Shown here piece after piece: positions 8,475-12,109 of a DNA stretch of 12,109 nucleotides. Numbering within the stretch: position 1 is the first letter of the stretch; each line of letters opens with the position of its first letter. The DNA lies in the NCBI GenBank assembly GCA_046861645.1, contig JBHHUM010000062.1:1-12109 (forward strand), read 5' to 3'. Under the pieces are notes generated by a model that ran no database searches, was not told the origin of the DNA, and saw nothing but the letters and a program-made list of their open reading frames with translations. The position numbers and the translations under genes were made by a program. The DNA comes from Fidelibacterota bacterium (GTDB lineage Bacteria; Fidelibacterota; Marinisomatia; Marinisomatales; UBA2128).

Positions 8475-10009
8475 TATCCTCCTGTAGAAGCTGTAGTGAA
8501 TATTTTTGGTAGTATAGCCACCATTCGTTTCTCATCGTCATCCAGCACCAGAAACCAGTTCGTCAGTGCTAATAGAGCCAAGAGTACTGTTCCGCCAACA
8601 AACGCCAAGACAGTATCCAGATCCAGCAAACTCCACAGGTAGAGGAGTAGTCCAAAACCAACCAGTAATGTACCTTCCAACCAAACTTTTCTTCTGCTTA
8701 GATTCCTGATAATCCCGGGATATAGCTTCAGAGTCCATATGAATTGCAGGGAAAAATCAACTGCTACACGGGCAAACCAGGTCCCTGCCGCACCGGCAAT
8801 CTGATACTCCTTCGTCAAGTACCAGAGGAGTATTACATAGACAGGAAACTCCGCCAGATGGAACTTAGCCGGTAGATCCGGTCGTCCAACACCTTGAAGG
8901 AGATTGAAAGGAATATAGGCAATGGAATTTATCAAAATCCCCCCTGCAAAGAATCTCAGGACAATAGATGCCTCTACCGCAAAGCGGTCACCCAACCATA
9001 GACTAAGGATATCTTGAGCATAAATCAGCAACAGCAAAGCGACAACTCCTACCGGCAATAGAATATACTTGATGGAACGGACTACAAGAGCTTCCAACTC
9101 GGCATCATTATTCCTTGAGGAAAGAGCGCTGAACTCCGGAAAGAAAGTACGCATGAGGGCAATAGGTAAAATCCTCATACGGTTCACAGCTTCAAAAGGA
9201 GCAGTATAGAGAGTCACTGCGGTCATTGAAATCATGGAGCCAATCAGAAAACGGTCAAGATATACAAGGACCGGACTTATGACACCTGTTATGGTGATCC
9301 ATCCTCCGTATGTAAGCAGTTTTCGAAGAATAACACGACTAATACGAAACTTTTTTCTCAAGAGAGGGAGCTGTTTGATACAGAGTAACAAATAACACAG
9401 TGAAGCGGTGACCCTGGTAATAACGATGAACAAAACTACCGTTGAAACAGACCATCCTAAAGGTAGAGAGAGCGCTGGAAAAACGATACTGATTATACTC
9501 ACTGGTACTTGAATGGTATTTACCAGATCAAAACGCTGGAGTGCTCCCAAGACGCCTCTGAGACTGGTGGAAGCGAGCATAAATGGAAGAGAGAGGGCGA
9601 CGTAAAAGAAAGCTCTTTCTGCTTCAGAAAAATATTCTGGCTTAATCTTTAAAAGAGAACCTGCAAGATGTGGAGCAACAATTGTAATGATTCCAGCTGC
9701 TGCCAGACCTGTGATAAACGCCATGGTCACTGCAGTCCAAATCAACTGGGGTAGATTACCATCCTGCTTGGGATCATGGAGTTCAGCGACATATTTCATA
9801 GTCGCTTTGGCGAGACCAAAATCGAGTAATGTGAGATATCCCAGAATAATCCAGGCAATTGAGAGAATGCCGAAACCGTCGTCACCCAGTCCTTTTACTG
9901 CTAGGGGAATACAGACAATACCGGCCACGATAGGAGCCAGCATACCAAGAAAATTCAGCAGGACATTTTTCGCCAACATCTGCCCAGAGGTAGATCTGGC
10001 TTCGCTCAT
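8474..10009 (-). CDS. wzx: Wzx polysaccharide flippase (MOP/MATE-like superfamily)
   Basis: 511 aa with about 12-14 TM segments. LAKNVLLN, LGDDGFG, LDFGL..A..KYVA, YLDRFLIG, VTLY..P, FFPEFS and LQGVGRPD are characteristic Wzx motifs. The start overlaps the upstream stop (ATGA at 10006-10009). Confidence 0.93.
   Translation of the reverse strand: MSEARSTSGQMLAKNVLLNFLGMLAPIVAGIVCIPLAVKGLGDDGFGILSIAWIILGYLTLLDFGLAKATMKYVAELHDPKQDGNLPQLIWTAVTMAFITGLAAAGIITIVAPHLAGSLLKIKPEYFSEAERAFFYVALSLPFMLASTSLRGVLGALQRFDLVNTIQVPVSIISIVFPALSLPLGWSVSTVVLFIVITRVTASLCYLLLCIKQLPLLRKKFRISRVILRKLLTYGGWITITGVISPVLVYLDRFLIGSMISMTAVTLYTAPFEAVNRMRILPIALMRTFFPEFSALSSRNNDAELEALVVRSIKYILLPVGVVALLLLIYAQDILSLWLGDRFAVEASIVLRFFAGGILINSIAYIPFNLLQGVGRPDLPAKFHLAEFPVYVILLWYLTKEYQIAGAAGTWFARVAVDFSLQFIWTLKLYPGIIRNLSRRKVWLEGTLLVGFGLLLYLWSLLDLDTVLAFVGGTVLLALLALTNWFLVLDDDEKRMVAILPKIFTTASTGG
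8477..8483 (-). promoter_or_regulatory. Shine-Dalgarno-like sequence for the GT2 gene, inside the wzx 3' end
   Basis: The minus strand reads AGGAGGA-TA-ATG. Strong anti-SD complement, but the spacing is unusually short; it coincides with the TAATG stop/start overlap. Confidence 0.45.
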
Positions 10010-11376
10010 TTACTTGACTGAATAGTGTTAGATAGATCTAAGAAAGCAGGCTTAAAAATAATGTAAATTGAAGTGAGTATAATACTAAAGAAACTGTAAA
10101 ATATCACGATAATAGCCCGTTTGGGTTTGAATTTCTTGTCCGGTACTACCGCCCGATCTAAAACTTGCACCGTGGGTGTATCCTTGGCCTCTTGAATTTT
10201 AGCCTCCTCAAATTGCTGAGTCAGGAATGTAAAAAGAGTATTCTGAATTTCTACTTCCCGGGTGAGCCTGGCAAGTTCAACTCCCAAGTAGGGAACCTCA
10301 GAGAAACCAGGAAACAAGTTATTTCCATCAGTACCCTTCTCCATTTCAACAAGTTTAAACTCTAAACTAGTTATTTCTCTCTTCAACATATCAATATCAG
10401 GATGGTCAGGGTTAAGAACCTCAGTCATTACTTCAAGTTTGACTTCGTTGGCCATAATCTGTGCCTTTATTTCAGCTGCAGCCTCGATAGCTGCAGCAGT
10501 CTGTTCCGGTAGGGCAATCATTTTATGAGTTTCCTGAAAAATCTGAAGACTATCTTCAGATTTCTTTAAATCTATGATATTCTGTCTATAACGTTCTTCA
10601 ATAAACATCCTTTGAAACCGAGCTTTCTCAGTTTTTAAGCTCTTATTCATAGCATCAAGATTACTTAGGAAAAAGTTAGTTATATCTGTTACCATCTGTT
10701 TCACTGAATCTTCCTCATCTGTAGAGGCTAGCCATCCAGTCTGTACATCAACAGATACTAGAATAGTTCCTTCATCCTCGGTTTCTATAATAATACTTTC
10801 AGAAAGCTTTTTTCTAGCTTCTTCATAGTTATCCACATCATAATACTCTAACAATCTGAATTTTCTGATAACATCATCCATCATAGTACGACTTTTGAGA
10901 ATAGCAATAAGTCGCAGACTTTCCGAATCTGTGCCAGTAAATCCTAATCCTCCCAAAGGCAAACTTGTAAGTCCACTTAGCAGACCAAGATCACTCTGCT
11001 CTTGGGGTGGTAGGAGTGCAGCAGTAGCACGATATGTCTTAGGCAAAATCAGGGATACAATAACCGCTAAAACTGATATCAGGAGAAAATTAGTAATAAT
11101 TAGTTTTCGTTCACTGAATAGAACCCGTAAGAACAAAAGTAAGTTTGATTTCTCTAAAATTCGAGATTCTTCAATTTTAAATAATTCAGCTTCCTCTCCT
11201 TTTTGCCCAACTAACCCATACCGCTTTAAATCCGCAATCCTGTTCCTCATCGTCTTCTCTGTCATTCCATTAGCTACAGCGACTTTCTCTCGCTCTGCAC
11301 GGTCGTCCAAGATCTTTGGATGTTTCTTCACCAACTCAAGTATCTTCTTCTCGTGGTCCGTAAGAGTCTGCATCAT
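10006..11376 (-). CDS. wzz: Polysaccharide copolymerase / chain-length determinant (Wzz/GumC-like, no kinase domain) with an N-terminal HTH extension
   Basis: 456 aa. Amphipathic helix NLLLFLRVLFSERK, TM1 (about aa 92-111) followed by PKTYRATAALLPP, then ILKSR, a long coiled-coil periplasmic region with NPDHPDI, GNVR-like EAKDTPTVQVLDRAVVPDKKFKPKR, TM2 and a short C-tail. No Walker motifs or Tyr cluster. Confidence 0.88.
   Translation of the reverse strand: MMQTLTDHEKKILELVKKHPKILDDRAEREKVAVANGMTEKTMRNRIADLKRYGLVGQKGEEAELFKIEESRILEKSNLLLFLRVLFSERKLIITNFLLISVLAVIVSLILPKTYRATAALLPPQEQSDLGLLSGLTSLPLGGLGFTGTDSESLRLIAILKSRTMMDDVIRKFRLLEYYDVDNYEEARKKLSESIIIETEDEGTILVSVDVQTGWLASTDEEDSVKQMVTDITNFFLSNLDAMNKSLKTEKARFQRMFIEERYRQNIIDLKKSEDSLQIFQETHKMIALPEQTAAAIEAAAEIKAQIMANEVKLEVMTEVLNPDHPDIDMLKREITSLEFKLVEMEKGTDGNNLFPGFSEVPYLGVELARLTREVEIQNTLFTFLTQQFEEAKIQEAKDTPTVQVLDRAVVPDKKFKPKRAIIVIFYSFFSIILTSIYIIFKPAFLDLSNTIQSSK
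11209..11376 (-). other. Putative winged helix-turn-helix domain (aa 1-56 of the Wzz-like protein)
   Basis: LTDHEKKILELVKKHP-(KILDDRAE)-REKVAVANGMTEKTMRNRIADLKRYGLV fits the AsnC/HTH_24/HTH_11-type pattern L...d.kIL.lL..nP......elA...G.s..tv..ri..L...Gli. Recognised by eye only. Confidence 0.72.
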
Positions 11377-11377
11377 A

Positions 11378-12109
11378 CTACTGTAATGTAGCCAAGTATG
11401 TAAGATAAACGGTTAGGAGTGCTGTACCAATTTGCAGTAGAGAACTATCCCCAAAAATTGAACTCTTAAGATTGCGGGGCACTACGATTACATCACCCCT
11501 TCTCACTAATGCATCCTGACCTCGTTCTCTGCTGCCATCTAAATGTCGAATTAGGGCACCATCCGGGTTTCCTTCGGTGGTATTCCCCCCTGCCAGATTA
11601 ATATAGTCACCCGCGGTGAAACCTGGGAAGAACTGGAAGCTTCCCGGTACCTGTACAAAACCATTCACTGAAACCCCTCTCTCGCGAAGAATATCGAGCG
11701 TATCACCAGGCTTCAATACCGTGGAAGCAAATCGTTCCGGGGGTATATTAAGATATTCCTCTTTGTTGTTTTTGACTCGTGTAATAGTAACACTTTCTAA
11801 ATCGGCACTCTCACGGAATTGAGCTTTCCTCCAGAGAAAGTGTTCTAACGTTTCCCCTTGGGCTATAATATCGTATCCTTTCCCCGAAACAGCACCCCTG
11901 ATAACCACACCCTCTTTTTCGACATTTCCAAAGGGCACTATTACTTGGTCACCCTCTACAAAAGTTGGATTATGATTGAGATCACCATTGTTGATGAATT
12001 GCAAGAAATCCACTTTTCTAACCGTACCGGCATGAGTGCGAACCGTGATATCGAATTCTCTGGCTAATTGATGAAAACCGCCAGCAAGTTCTACTAAGAC
12101 ATCCAGTCT
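11378..12109 (-). CDS. SLBB-domain polysaccharide export protein (Wza/KpsD-like OPX); 5' end outside the window
   Basis: The frame stays open upstream of the track's GTG at 12013 to the window edge (RLDVLVELAGGFHQLAREFDITVRTHAGTVRKVDF...). Repeated SLBB units (ELAGG...NPTFVEGDQVIVP; VIRGAV...LKPGDTL; VSVNGFVQVPG...YINLAGG...VRRGDVIVVP) and a C-terminal hydrophobic helix (LLQIGTALLTVYLTYLA). Confidence 0.88.
   Translation of the reverse strand, partial: RLDVLVELAGGFHQLAREFDITVRTHAGTVRKVDFLQFINNGDLNHNPTFVEGDQVIVPFGNVEKEGVVIRGAVSGKGYDIIAQGETLEHFLWRKAQFRESADLESVTITRVKNNKEEYLNIPPERFASTVLKPGDTLDILRERGVSVNGFVQVPGSFQFFPGFTAGDYINLAGGNTTEGNPDGALIRHLDGSRERGQDALVRRGDVIVVPRNLKSSIFGDSSLLQIGTALLTVYLTYLATLQ

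Noticed and set aside
3267..10153. Three ops-like GGCGGTAG octamers on the minus strand (3267-3274, 4260-4267, 10146-10153)
   Set aside because: All lie inside CDSs and are explained by Gly-Gly-Arg or Arg-Ala-Val-Val codons. None has the downstream TG of the RfaH ops consensus or a JUMPStart context.
10895..11386. 163-aa plus-strand ORF opposite the HTH-Wzz 5' end
   Set aside because: It is Ser/Arg/Phe-rich, as expected of an antisense shadow of a coding gene, and has no domain signature.
12011..12013. GTG start of the 211-aa ORF given in the track
   Set aside because: The frame is open and SLBB-like up to the window edge, so the true start lies outside the window.
877..12067. Remaining short plus-strand and alternate-frame ORFs in the track (e.g. 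877-1260, 4691-5002, 7604-7951, 8146-8487, 9687-10025)
   Set aside because: All overlap well-supported minus-strand genes and show no protein-family features.

Overview
The window is the interior of one tightly packed minus-strand operon for a Wzx/Wzy-type surface polysaccharide (capsule, EPS or O-antigen). In transcription order (right to left) it holds: a multi-SLBB polysaccharide export protein (5' end outside the window), a Wzz/PCP-like chain-length regulator, a Wzx flippase, a GT2, a Wzy-like polymerase, a GT4, a bi-domain MDR + Gfo/Idh/MocA oxidoreductase, a sulfotransferase-fold protein, a beta-propeller protein of unknown function, and a WbuB-like GT4 (3' end outside the window and missing from the supplied ORF track). 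I saw no RNA genes, mobile elements or CRISPR arrays. The most unusual feature is an apparent winged helix-turn-helix domain fused to the cytoplasmic N-terminus of the Wzz-like protein, which suggests a membrane-anchored copolymerase that may also bind DNA. Secondary points are degenerate PAPS-binding motifs in the sulfotransferase-like protein, an unusual oxidoreductase/sulfotransferase/propeller module, and a GGTAGTT motif just upstream of three start codons. All calls come from motif recognition by eye; no database searches were run.
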